Shown: positions 56,259-64,000 of the stretch, in pieces | Layout of the letters: each line of letters opens with the position of its first letter | Numbering within the stretch: position 1 is the stretch's first letter | Assembly (NCBI GenBank): GCA_013298775.1 | Contig: JAAFIV010000008.1 | Location: 31,028 to 95,027 of the forward strand | Reading direction: 5' to 3' | DNA from: Ignavibacteria bacterium | GTDB taxonomy: Bacteria; Bacteroidota; Ignavibacteria; Kapaibacteriales; UBA4661 | Length of the DNA: 64,000 bases | Position numbers and translations under genes: made by a program | The notes under the pieces: generated by a model | Databases searched by the model: none | Told to the model about the DNA's origin: nothing | The model's input: only the letters and a program-made list of their open reading frames with translations

Positions 56259-58289
56259 TGCAAGTTCCGATTGAAAATTGCGCAAACTCGTTGTTGATGT
56301 GCGCAAATGCTTGATGTATTCGTGCCAGTCCTGCGATTGCCCTAAAATAGTGCTTTGAATGTGCTGAATACGGCGTAGCGTTTTCACAGCGTCGATGTGG
56401 TAATTGGCTTTATGTTCTTTCAGGAGCGTATCCACGTGCTTTTTGTAGAGCAAAACATATTCTGCGGGATGCGTAATGATGAGCGATTCCTCGTATTTCA
56501 TCATTTCTGGAATATTTTTTTCAATTGTTTTCCAGAGTTTTGCCATATCGCCTTGCTCGTGGTAAATTCCCGCAAGTAGAGGCGTTACCAAACCTGAATA
56601 CGCATACGTATTTTCCTTCAAGAGCTTCATTGCAGCAGAAATCATCTGTTGTTGAATATCGGCAGCCTCGCCGGGATGCAAGTATTTTTTTGATTCCGTA
56701 ATAATGGAAATAGTCCATTTTCCTTCGTTAAGAACAGTGCGGAAGAGTTCTTGAATGCGCTCATAGCTATTCGTTGCGACGAAGTGCTTTATCAAAAGCG
56801 CGTAGAATGGATGCTCGAATGCGTCCATACTGCGCTGAAAGGGTTCAAGAGGGTTTGAAGCGTGTTTTGCGGTACTTCCAAATGAAAAAATGGGTGTTCC
56901 GAAAACATTGAACATTGGTACTTTGCTATCATTTTTCAAATGTCCGAGAAAAATGCGCAAAAGCGCGTCGTAGTTGTTGTTTGCAACATAGTATTCCGAG
57001 AGCATTTGCAAGAGTGGGAGCTTCATTTGTGCATTGCCCGGGATTTTCAAAATACCTCGCTCGGCAATTTCCATTGCTTTGAGAATATTCTTTTCTTCCT
57101 CCTTCCAAAACTTCGCAAACTGCACGTAATCAGGGATATGCGTGAGGTTGTTTTCCATCATTTTTATTCGCGCTGCTTTGTCGTTGGTTTTGGTGAAAAT
57201 CGCCTCCAGAAATGGCTTGACTGCTTGCTTTTCCCACGAGTTTGTGACTGCAAAAAACTCTTTGGTGAAAATATCATAATCCTCCCTCTCAAGGCAAAAT
57301 TCCTGACTAAAGGCAAACACTGGGCGGGCATCGTACGCATGAGAAACGATGAGTTTACGCACGACACTCGCAATCTTCTCAAGAAAGGTTGTTCGCTGGT
57401 CGGGCGTTGGGAGGCGTTCCTGATTCATGGTAAGAACATCCTTGCACAGAGCGTCGTAGGCATCCTCAATACGGCGCGAATTCACGGTTCTTTCACTAAA
57501 AAGCTCAAGCAAACTCAGCAAAATTTCCGTTTTTGGTCGCCATTGGTGCATGCGCGGAAGCTGGTCAATACTGGCTTGCAGGGCTTGTAATTGTTTCATA
57601 AATGCTGTTGCGGTGAAACGCTTAAACTCAGCATTTTTTCTGGGGAATATCTTGAAAATTTCTTTGGAAATTCCTTCCAACACCTCATCGTTATTGGAAC
57701 GGAAGCGAATGAGCAAGTCGCGCTTCACGTCGGGATATTTATCGGCAAACTGCACAAGCAGCGTGGTAAGTTCGCTCGTCGAGAGCATTTCCAAATGCTG
57801 CTGCAATACGCTTTCCGCGCCTTTTTTGGCGTTTTTTTTCGTGCTTTTCGCGGTGCTGCTTTTTATATCACCTTCGCCTCCCGCGCCCGCCTCCTGTGCG
57901 GTTTTTGTACGATTCAATTTCCGAGCAATGACACCAGTCCCAGAAGCCGCTCCAAGACTAGCATTCGCACTGCCAAAGCGTCGTGCATACTCGTCCGTAT
58001 TGCGGTAATGTAGCAGTGCCGCAAGAACGGCAGTTTGAGCTAATTCAGGATTGCCTTCAATGTCGGAATCCCAGACTAGCCCGCTTTTGGCGTTTTCGCT
58101 CATGTCCACGTTGCGCTCTGTGCCTTCAATGAGGAGCGTTCCATACACCACGTTATCGCTGATATTGAATTCGGTATTCAACACAGCACCTTGCGCAATG
58201 AGCTTTTGTGCGGCATTCAAGGGAGCAGTGCCAAAATGTTCTTTCAGCGCGTCATCGCTGAGATTGTTAAAGAAAAGAGTAGAAGCCAT
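56250..58289 (-). CDS. SWIM-zinc-finger-family-like helical protein lacking the zinc ligands
   Basis: N-terminal G.V...V.GT..., followed by AVLAALLHY, LEMLSTSELTTLLVQFA and the C-terminal Y..AVKTL...DWHEYIKHLR...NFQSEL pattern of SWIM-family proteins. Confidence 0.55.
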   Translation of the reverse strand: MASTLFFNNLSDDALKEHFGTAPLNAAQKLIAQGAVLNTEFNISDNVVYGTLLIEGTERNVDMSENAKSGLVWDSDIEGNPELAQTAVLAALLHYRNTDEYARRFGSANASLGAASGTGVIARKLNRTKTAQEAGAGGEGDIKSSTAKSTKKNAKKGAESVLQQHLEMLSTSELTTLLVQFADKYPDVKRDLLIRFRSNNDEVLEGISKEIFKIFPRKNAEFKRFTATAFMKQLQALQASIDQLPRMHQWRPKTEILLSLLELFSERTVNSRRIEDAYDALCKDVLTMNQERLPTPDQRTTFLEKIASVVRKLIVSHAYDARPVFAFSQEFCLEREDYDIFTKEFFAVTNSWEKQAVKPFLEAIFTKTNDKAARIKMMENNLTHIPDYVQFAKFWKEEEKNILKAMEIAERGILKIPGNAQMKLPLLQMLSEYYVANNNYDALLRIFLGHLKNDSKVPMFNVFGTPIFSFGSTAKHASNPLEPFQRSMDAFEHPFYALLIKHFVATNSYERIQELFRTVLNEGKWTISIITESKKYLHPGEAADIQQQMISAAMKLLKENTYAYSGLVTPLLAGIYHEQGDMAKLWKTIEKNIPEMMKYEESLIITHPAEYVLLYKKHVDTLLKEHKANYHIDAVKTLRRIQHIQSTILGQSQDWHEYIKHLRTSTTSLRNFQSELARL

Positions 58290-58298
58290 TGTTCATCA

Positions 58299-58368
58299 GT
58301 GTTGAGTTGTCGGTGTTGAGTTGCCAGTATTGAGTTGCTGGTATTGAGTTGTCATTGTTAAGTTTTGA
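58299..58368. repeat. 14-bp degenerate tandem repeat x4-5 immediately upstream of the SWIM-like gene
   Basis: gtgttgagttgtcg / gtgttgagttgcca / gtattgagttgctg / gtattgagttgtca / ttgttaagttttga. Confidence 0.8.
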
Positions 58369-58404
58369 GTGTCGGCTGAATATTTATCCTTCTGCGCACA
58401 GTGT

Positions 58405-60672
58405 TCAAGCGCGTTCCAGCCAAACAGTGTTCATGCGTCCTTTTCCCTTAATTTCGATTTCACCGCGTGGAGAGCAGATATAGTCTTGTGTTGGAGCATT
58501 TTTTGTTTCTTGCACCAAGCGTTCTGCAAAAATATCTGAGCAATGAATTTTCCCCGCAATCCCTTGCGATTCCATGCGCGATGCAATGTTTACGGTATCG
58601 CCCCAGAGGTCGTAGGCAAACTTTCGCTTGCCAATCACGCCCGCAACCACCGACCCCGAATGCAGTCCCACTCTCATTTCCAATGAAATGTCGAACATTG
58701 TGCTGAGATTTGCAATTACTTGTTGCATTGCTAAGGCAGTATTGGCGGTGCGTGTGGCGTGGTCGTGTTGCGGGAGTGGCAGCCCCGCAACTGCCATGTA
58801 GCAATCCCCAATCGTCTTGATTTTTTCCAAGCCATGTTCTTGGGCAATTGCATCGAACTCCGAAAAGACGGTATCAAGCATACCAACAAGCTCTTCGGGC
58901 GAAGTTTTGCTCGCAAAGACCGTAAAACCAGCAAGGTCGGCAAAAAGAACGCTCACACTCTCGAAACGGTCGGCAATCAGCTTTTCCCCTGCCATGAGGC
59001 GTGTTGCAATGCTGCGTGGAAGGATATTCAAGAGCAATTCATCCGAGCGTTCGCGTTCTTGTTCAATGATGATATTTTTTTCCTGCAACGCCGTATTTGC
59101 AAGCTCAATCTCGCGTGATTGCTCGGTTTGGATGTCGAGTGCGCGAGAAATTTCCTCATTTGCATTTTCCAATTCCAGTGTGCGCTCACGAACTTTGCTT
59201 TCCAATTCTTGTTCGGATTGCCGCAGCGTTTCAATCATCAATTCCGTACTCCGCAAGGCTTCGTCTTGTGCTATTTTCTTTTCTTGTTTGATAACATTGA
59301 TGCGGTCTGCAAGCCCTAACGACAATAGAAAAATCTCTAACGCCGAGCCAATTTGCAAACCGTACACCGTCAAAATTCCACTCGGCAAAAGGTTCAAATT
59401 GCGCAAAGCCGCCATGCTGATAGACGTAAGCAAAAGTACCCATGCAACAAGGAAATATCGGGCGGGACGGTAGCCCTTACGCAAGCAAATAACGGAAACA
59501 CCGACAATAATTGGCAACGTAAAAATTGGCGCACCATACATAAATCGAATAGCAGTGCTGTACGGCAGAATGAACGCAAGCAGCATTCCCACAAGGAAAT
59601 ACGCCATCATTACATTCATAAAGCGGTGCATTCGCGGAGCAAAGTGGCGGGTATTCAAATAATTTTGCGAGAATACAAAAATGCTCAATCCCGAAAAGCC
59701 CATGAATACTATCACCGAGCGATTATGCCATACAGGAGCATTGCCCCACAAATACTGAAACGCAAGACCATTCCAAATAAAAAGAAACATCCCGTAACAC
59801 AGAATATACGCGACATAAAACAAATAACTCGCATCGCGTAACGAAATGTACACAAAGAGGTTATAGCCAATCATCACGAGCAAAATACCATAAAAAATTC
59901 CGAGCAAAAATTGCTCATTTGCAATGTGCCTGCTCATCGCTTCGCCAGTGCGGAACATGATAGGAAAGGTCATGGAGCCTTGCGATTCCAAACGCAAATA
60001 TACCGTCATCGTTTGCGCTCCGTCCATTCTTCGTGCTGACGATGAATCAGTATGAATGCCAGTATTTGTGAGGCTTGTAGGCTGCGGCAAACGAAAACAT
60101 GGCATACGGTACGAAATATCACGCCCATCTGCAAACGGAAGCATATCACCGCTTTGACGCGCTGTATAGGAGACTGTATAGGCGGCTGTATAGGCGGCTG
60201 TATAGGCTTGCGTAGCTGTTATATTCGGTGGCTCAGGACTTACCGAAAGGTTGGGCGTAAAGAAAACGATATGGTCTAGCTGCGGATAGGGAATCTCCAA
60301 AAACCAGTCGTGATGCGCTTTTGCGGAAGTCAATACTTCTTGCGAAAATTCAAGGGTCAATCGAACCCAATACACCGATGTTGTATGTCCAAAGTTGGGG
60401 TCGCTTGTGCCTGTATAGCGCGTAAACGCTTGCATATTCTCCTGTGCAGATATTTCTTTGAAGCTCAGTTTACCCGTGCGGTCTTCGAGAATTTCCAAAA
60501 AGCTGTTTGCATTGTATTCTTCCCTATCGGCAGAGAGGCGCAGCAAGGTCGGCGCAGACGAAACCTGTCCCAGAACCCGCATAGGGACAAGAGAAGCGCA
60601 CAAGAGCATCGCAACAAGGAAGAATGCCACAGTGCGCACAAAGAAAGAACACAAAGGACAGCAAGAGTACAT
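58405..60672 (-). CDS. 7TM-DISM class III adenylate cyclase
   Basis: DISMED2 (LEDRTGKLSF, PNFGHT..VYWVRL), 7TM, coiled coil; catalytic FADLAGFT, KTIGDCYM (ATP-specifying K), YDLWGDTVNIASRMES. Confidence 0.93.
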   Translation of the reverse strand: MYSCCPLCSFFVRTVAFFLVAMLLCASLVPMRVLGQVSSAPTLLRLSADREEYNANSFLEILEDRTGKLSFKEISAQENMQAFTRYTGTSDPNFGHTTSVYWVRLTLEFSQEVLTSAKAHHDWFLEIPYPQLDHIVFFTPNLSVSPEPPNITATQAYTAAYTAAYTVSYTARQSGDMLPFADGRDISYRMPCFRLPQPTSLTNTGIHTDSSSARRMDGAQTMTVYLRLESQGSMTFPIMFRTGEAMSRHIANEQFLLGIFYGILLVMIGYNLFVYISLRDASYLFYVAYILCYGMFLFIWNGLAFQYLWGNAPVWHNRSVIVFMGFSGLSIFVFSQNYLNTRHFAPRMHRFMNVMMAYFLVGMLLAFILPYSTAIRFMYGAPIFTLPIIVGVSVICLRKGYRPARYFLVAWVLLLTSISMAALRNLNLLPSGILTVYGLQIGSALEIFLLSLGLADRINVIKQEKKIAQDEALRSTELMIETLRQSEQELESKVRERTLELENANEEISRALDIQTEQSREIELANTALQEKNIIIEQERERSDELLLNILPRSIATRLMAGEKLIADRFESVSVLFADLAGFTVFASKTSPEELVGMLDTVFSEFDAIAQEHGLEKIKTIGDCYMAVAGLPLPQHDHATRTANTALAMQQVIANLSTMFDISLEMRVGLHSGSVVAGVIGKRKFAYDLWGDTVNIASRMESQGIAGKIHCSDIFAERLVQETKNAPTQDYICSPRGEIEIKGKGRMNTVWLERA

Positions 60673-60718
60673 ATCGGCAAGAGGAAAAAATGGAAAGTAT
60701 TTCGCCAGTTTTTACTAT

Positions 60719-60905
60719 TAGGACTTTCACAGATGGCGCAGACAAGAGTGTTTGCGCTACCACGTGATGCAGATTTACGCGTCTTCGGTAGCACAGATGG
60801 CGCAGACAAGAGTGTCTGCGCTACCACGTGATGCAGATTTACGTGTCTTCGGTAGCACAGACACTCTTGTCTGTGTCACAAAACGAACATTTTGCGAAAG
60901 CCCTA
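60719..60905. repeat. REPIN with outer IR and an internal 64-bp tandem duplication
   Basis: Units at 60728-60791 and 60792-60855 both start cacagatggcgcagacaagagtg; outer taggacttt...gcgaaagcccta. Confidence 0.9.
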
Positions 60906-60914
60906 TGTAAGATT

Positions 60915-63284
60915 TTACGCCTCTTCCAAAGGAAATGCGACCACAAAAACTGCCCCATTGCCAAACGAGGATTCGCACCAAATTTGCCCATTCATACTTT
61001 CTACCAAGCGTTTGGCAATGGACAAGCCAAGCCCCGTCGAATGCTCGCCGCCAGTGGGTTGGGCGGAAAGGCGAGCGAATTTTTGAAACAACTTGGACTT
61101 ATCCTCTTCCGTCAAGCCTGGACCTTGGTCGCGCACCACGAGCAGCGCAGTGGGTATTTGCAAGCGTTCGAGAGCCTGTATTCCCAAGGCTCCCAGCATG
61201 GAAGGGTGCATTTTTACATCGTCGGTATGAGGACGAATTTGCAAGGTGCGCACAGAAATTGTCGTCTGGCGCGGCGAGTATTTGACAGCGTTGGAAACAA
61301 GATTGTCCGCAATTTGCCGAAGCAAACCTTCATCCAACAAGCATGGAATTTCGGACGCATTGGCTTTGAATTCAATCGTGATGCGCTTGTTTGCTGAGGC
61401 TAAACGATAGCTATCGCAAACGCTTTTTGTGAGCGCGAGCAAGTCTTCTTGGCGCATGTTTGGCTTGATTGCGCCTTGTTCGATTGCATTAACATCCAAC
61501 AAATTGCGGACAATTTCAAACATTCTATCCACCGATTGCGCCATCGTTAGTGCCATACGATTCAGGTAGCCAGGCTTGATGTCGTCGCCGCTTCGGAGAA
61601 TTTCAATCATCCCTTTCAAGCCCGTAAGCGGGTTCTTGAGGTCGTGTGCAGCAATTCCTAGAAACTCATTTTTCTCATTGTTTACTTCCGCCAATTGGAC
61701 AAGTTTTTCCTGCAACTCAGCGTTCATGCGCTCTGTGAGCATTTTCTGTTCTTCAAGTAATTCTCGCTGATGCACGAGTTCGGAGTTTGCTTGCTGAAGG
61801 CTTGTGTTTGCTTGCTCGGTTTCGAGTGTTTGCTCCTGCAATATCTCCTGTTGGCGTAAAATGGACGTATTCATCTCGGCAAGCTCCAGATTTCGCTCGT
61901 GTTCGAGTTCGCGCTCGCGCTCTGCAATGGAGCGTTGTTCCTTCTCTTCAGCCAATCGGCGTTGCGCTTGAGCATTGTACATTCCGAGCGCGAAACATTC
62001 CATCACAATTTGCACTGCTCCAGCGAGCGTACCAAGTTTTGCCGAGAAAAAATCACCATACTCAGGAAGGAAGCTGCTGCCGACAAAGTTTGCAAAAATA
62101 GTGCTTGCATTGCATAACGCCCACGAACAAATGTACACCCAATACGAAAAGCGCAACAATTCCGAGCCTCGCCGAGCAGCCATGTAGCCGCTTGCAATAA
62201 TCAAAACGATAACAACAATCGTAATTGCACCAGCAACTGCGAGCGGTATAATGCCCAATGCAGAAGTAATAATGAATACCCCGCAAACACCCATCGCGCC
62301 AAGAATAATGCGGTCGAGACGAGGAGCGTAGAGGGCGGTATTACAAAAATTGCGCGAGAACAACAGCGAAAGCAAACACGACACAAACACACAAACAGTC
62401 AGAACCCTTGTATTATAGCGGGGTATATCGAACCATAGAAATTCGCCAAACACCCCCGATACGGCGGTGAGTGCGCCCAAGCTCCCCAACAAATGCAAAA
62501 CGACAATAAAATACAAACGATTCAGCGTGGCAAGGTACATTGCGCTATTGAAGAGAATCATGCACCAAAGGATGCCCCAAACAAAGCCATAAAAATTAAA
62601 ATCGCTATGCTCAAGCCGCGTAAATCCTTGCTGTGTGTAGAGAACAAGATTGAACAAGAGAGGATTGGTGCCATATGCGCAGAGGTAGAACGTTTTTGTT
62701 TGCTGTGCCGCTAGTTCAATGGTGAACACGGCTCGCCGCCGCTTCATTGTGCGGGAGTCAATAAATATCGCGTTTCCAGTGTATTCTTGCATAAAACCGC
62801 CCTCTGGAAGTGGCTGATACAATATCACGGAATCAACGATGGTCGTAGCGGCATCAAAAATACGCGTGATGGGCGTATTTTGGGTGTTTCGCACCGTAAC
62901 ACGAATCCAGACTTTATCGGATGTGTAGCCGAAATTGGGGTGTTCGTCCTCCGTTTGCCGAAAAAATTCTGCAAAGCGCGGCGAACTCACACTTTCAATG
63001 GTGCTGGTTCCTTCAATATCGCGAAAATACGCGGCATTGGTGCGTATTGGCTGTACGTCGGACTCATCGTAAATATTGACAACAAGCAACGGCATACGTA
63101 CTTGAGTTGGTGCGATTGCTTGAACGCTAGTATTTGCGGGTATTGCGGGAGACTCCTGTGCAATACTCGGAGAAATGAGCGTACAAAAAACAAGGCAAAC
63201 AGATACCCCCAACACCCACAAGTGTTGTATGGATGCCGCTTGGAAGCGACAATATCCTAAAAAATGGAAGAAAAGGCACTTCAT
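60915..63284 (-). CDS. 7TM-DISM sensor histidine kinase
   Basis: DISMED2 (FRDIEG, PNFGYTSDKVWIRV), 7TM, long coiled coil, H-box AAHDLKNPL, NLVSNAVKYS, RDQGPG, GLGL. Confidence 0.9.
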   Translation of the reverse strand: MKCLFFHFLGYCRFQAASIQHLWVLGVSVCLVFCTLISPSIAQESPAIPANTSVQAIAPTQVRMPLLVVNIYDESDVQPIRTNAAYFRDIEGTSTIESVSSPRFAEFFRQTEDEHPNFGYTSDKVWIRVTVRNTQNTPITRIFDAATTIVDSVILYQPLPEGGFMQEYTGNAIFIDSRTMKRRRAVFTIELAAQQTKTFYLCAYGTNPLLFNLVLYTQQGFTRLEHSDFNFYGFVWGILWCMILFNSAMYLATLNRLYFIVVLHLLGSLGALTAVSGVFGEFLWFDIPRYNTRVLTVCVFVSCLLSLLFSRNFCNTALYAPRLDRIILGAMGVCGVFIITSALGIIPLAVAGAITIVVIVLIIASGYMAARRGSELLRFSYWVYICSWALCNASTIFANFVGSSFLPEYGDFFSAKLGTLAGAVQIVMECFALGMYNAQAQRRLAEEKEQRSIAERERELEHERNLELAEMNTSILRQQEILQEQTLETEQANTSLQQANSELVHQRELLEEQKMLTERMNAELQEKLVQLAEVNNEKNEFLGIAAHDLKNPLTGLKGMIEILRSGDDIKPGYLNRMALTMAQSVDRMFEIVRNLLDVNAIEQGAIKPNMRQEDLLALTKSVCDSYRLASANKRITIEFKANASEIPCLLDEGLLRQIADNLVSNAVKYSPRQTTISVRTLQIRPHTDDVKMHPSMLGALGIQALERLQIPTALLVVRDQGPGLTEEDKSKLFQKFARLSAQPTGGEHSTGLGLSIAKRLVESMNGQIWCESSFGNGAVFVVAFPLEEA

Positions 63285-63330
63285 ACAAAAAACAAAGAAA
63301 AGCAAAATGATAACCTAAATCCTAAATAAC

Positions 63331-63447
63331 GACGTTCGTAAATGGTGCAAACATGAGTGTCTGCACTACTATCAAACTCAGTTGTCATGCGGCTTCGGTA
63401 GAGCAGACACTCTTGTCTGCTCACAAAAACGCACTTGTGCGAAAGTC
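63331..63447. repeat. Degenerate REPIN (outer-IR type)
   Basis: gacgttcgtaaatggtgcaaacatgagtgtctgcactac...ggtagagcagacactcttgtctgctc...gtgcgaaagtc. Confidence 0.75.
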
Positions 63448-63479
63448 ATGCTCATAACTAACGACGGCATGACCAGCAA

Positions 63480-63998
63480 CTACCGCACAACCGTGAAAGG
63501 AAGACGCTGTATCGCGCCAGCACACTCGATTTGCACCATGTACATCCCAGAAGGAAATGTGTGAACATCCAAGAGTGCATGCTGTATGCCGCTTTGCATC
63601 GCGGTTTCGGGGATTTCAATAACATTCGCGCCAAGCATATTCACGACGCGGAAGCGCACCATTCCTTGTTGCTTCAGCGTAAAACGCACGTGAGCCGCAT
63701 CCTGAGCGGGATTTGGCATTATTTGCGTCTGCGCTTGTTCAAAGGGCGATGTAACATTATTGATGATATTGAGAATGCGCTCGGGGAAAAGCCGCACCGT
63801 TACTGGATAGTGGTCGCTGGTGGTTTGTACATACGATGGAATAAACGACGTATTTTCTACCTTCTCCGCGCCTTGAATCATCGCCGGACGCATGGCAAGA
63901 TTGCTCACGAGGATATTATCAATCATGCTATTTCCGCTTGCAAAGCTGCTTAAACCTTGTCTTCCCAGCGAAAGCGTTGCAGGAAAAAAGCGAAGTGA
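63480..63998 (-). CDS. Endonuclease/exonuclease/phosphatase-domain protein with T9SS type A sorting domain, C-terminal part (truncated by the window end)
   Basis: The frame is open to the window edge. IDNILVSN and SDHYPV are EEP C-terminal motifs; IMPNPA...NMLG...SGMYMVQI is CTD-like. Confidence 0.75.
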   Translation of the reverse strand, partial: SLRFFPATLSLGRQGLSSFASGNSMIDNILVSNLAMRPAMIQGAEKVENTSFIPSYVQTTSDHYPVTVRLFPERILNIINNVTSPFEQAQTQIMPNPAQDAAHVRFTLKQQGMVRFRVVNMLGANVIEIPETAMQSGIQHALLDVHTFPSGMYMVQIECAGAIQRLPFTVVR

Positions 63999-64000
63999 AT

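Noticed and set aside
58299-58368. 14-bp array as a mini-CRISPR
   Set aside because: The period is only 14 bp with 3-4 variable bases; there are no spacers, leader or cas genes.
62060-62085. caggaaggaagctgc resembling the SRP RNA loop
   Set aside because: It lies inside a well-supported kinase CDS and lacks the flanking SRP helix.
1-64000. Prophage, integrase, transposase, tRNA or rRNA genes
   Set aside because: No recombinase, DDE/HUH transposase or phage motifs, and no tRNA or rRNA structure, were recognised.

Overview
This is a gene-dense chromosomal window from an FCB-group bacterium. A Ca. Kapabacteria/Ignavibacteria-like lineage is inferred from T9SS C-terminal sorting domains, a Bacteroidota-type LptD, TAnnTTTG promoter motifs and beta-barrel+OmpA fusions. 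Core genes include lptD (partial), ppiD, an acyl-CoA dehydrogenase, recG, recN, accC, msrC and ygfZ. Signalling genes are unusually dense: 7 intact histidine kinases (2 are REC hybrids), 1 kinase remnant, a 7TM-DISM adenylate cyclase and an ECF sigma/anti-sigma pair. No rRNA, tRNA, CRISPR array, integrase or transposase was recognised. The best candidate for an undescribed system is an AT-rich four-gene operon at 15709-17401. It encodes a HEPN protein, a small overlapping partner, an unknown protein and a small protein with an ADP-ribosyltransferase-like residue pattern, and reads as two stacked toxin-antitoxin/defence-like modules. The second theme is non-autonomous palindromic DNA: about 14 REP/REPIN loci plus several other repeat families. 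Some copies lie in frame within genes (RecG, and the signal-peptide regions of two exported proteins). Short tandem repeats repeatedly start at or inside hairpin arms, and one inverted pair brackets a three-gene block. All product calls come from motif recognition by eye; no searches were run.
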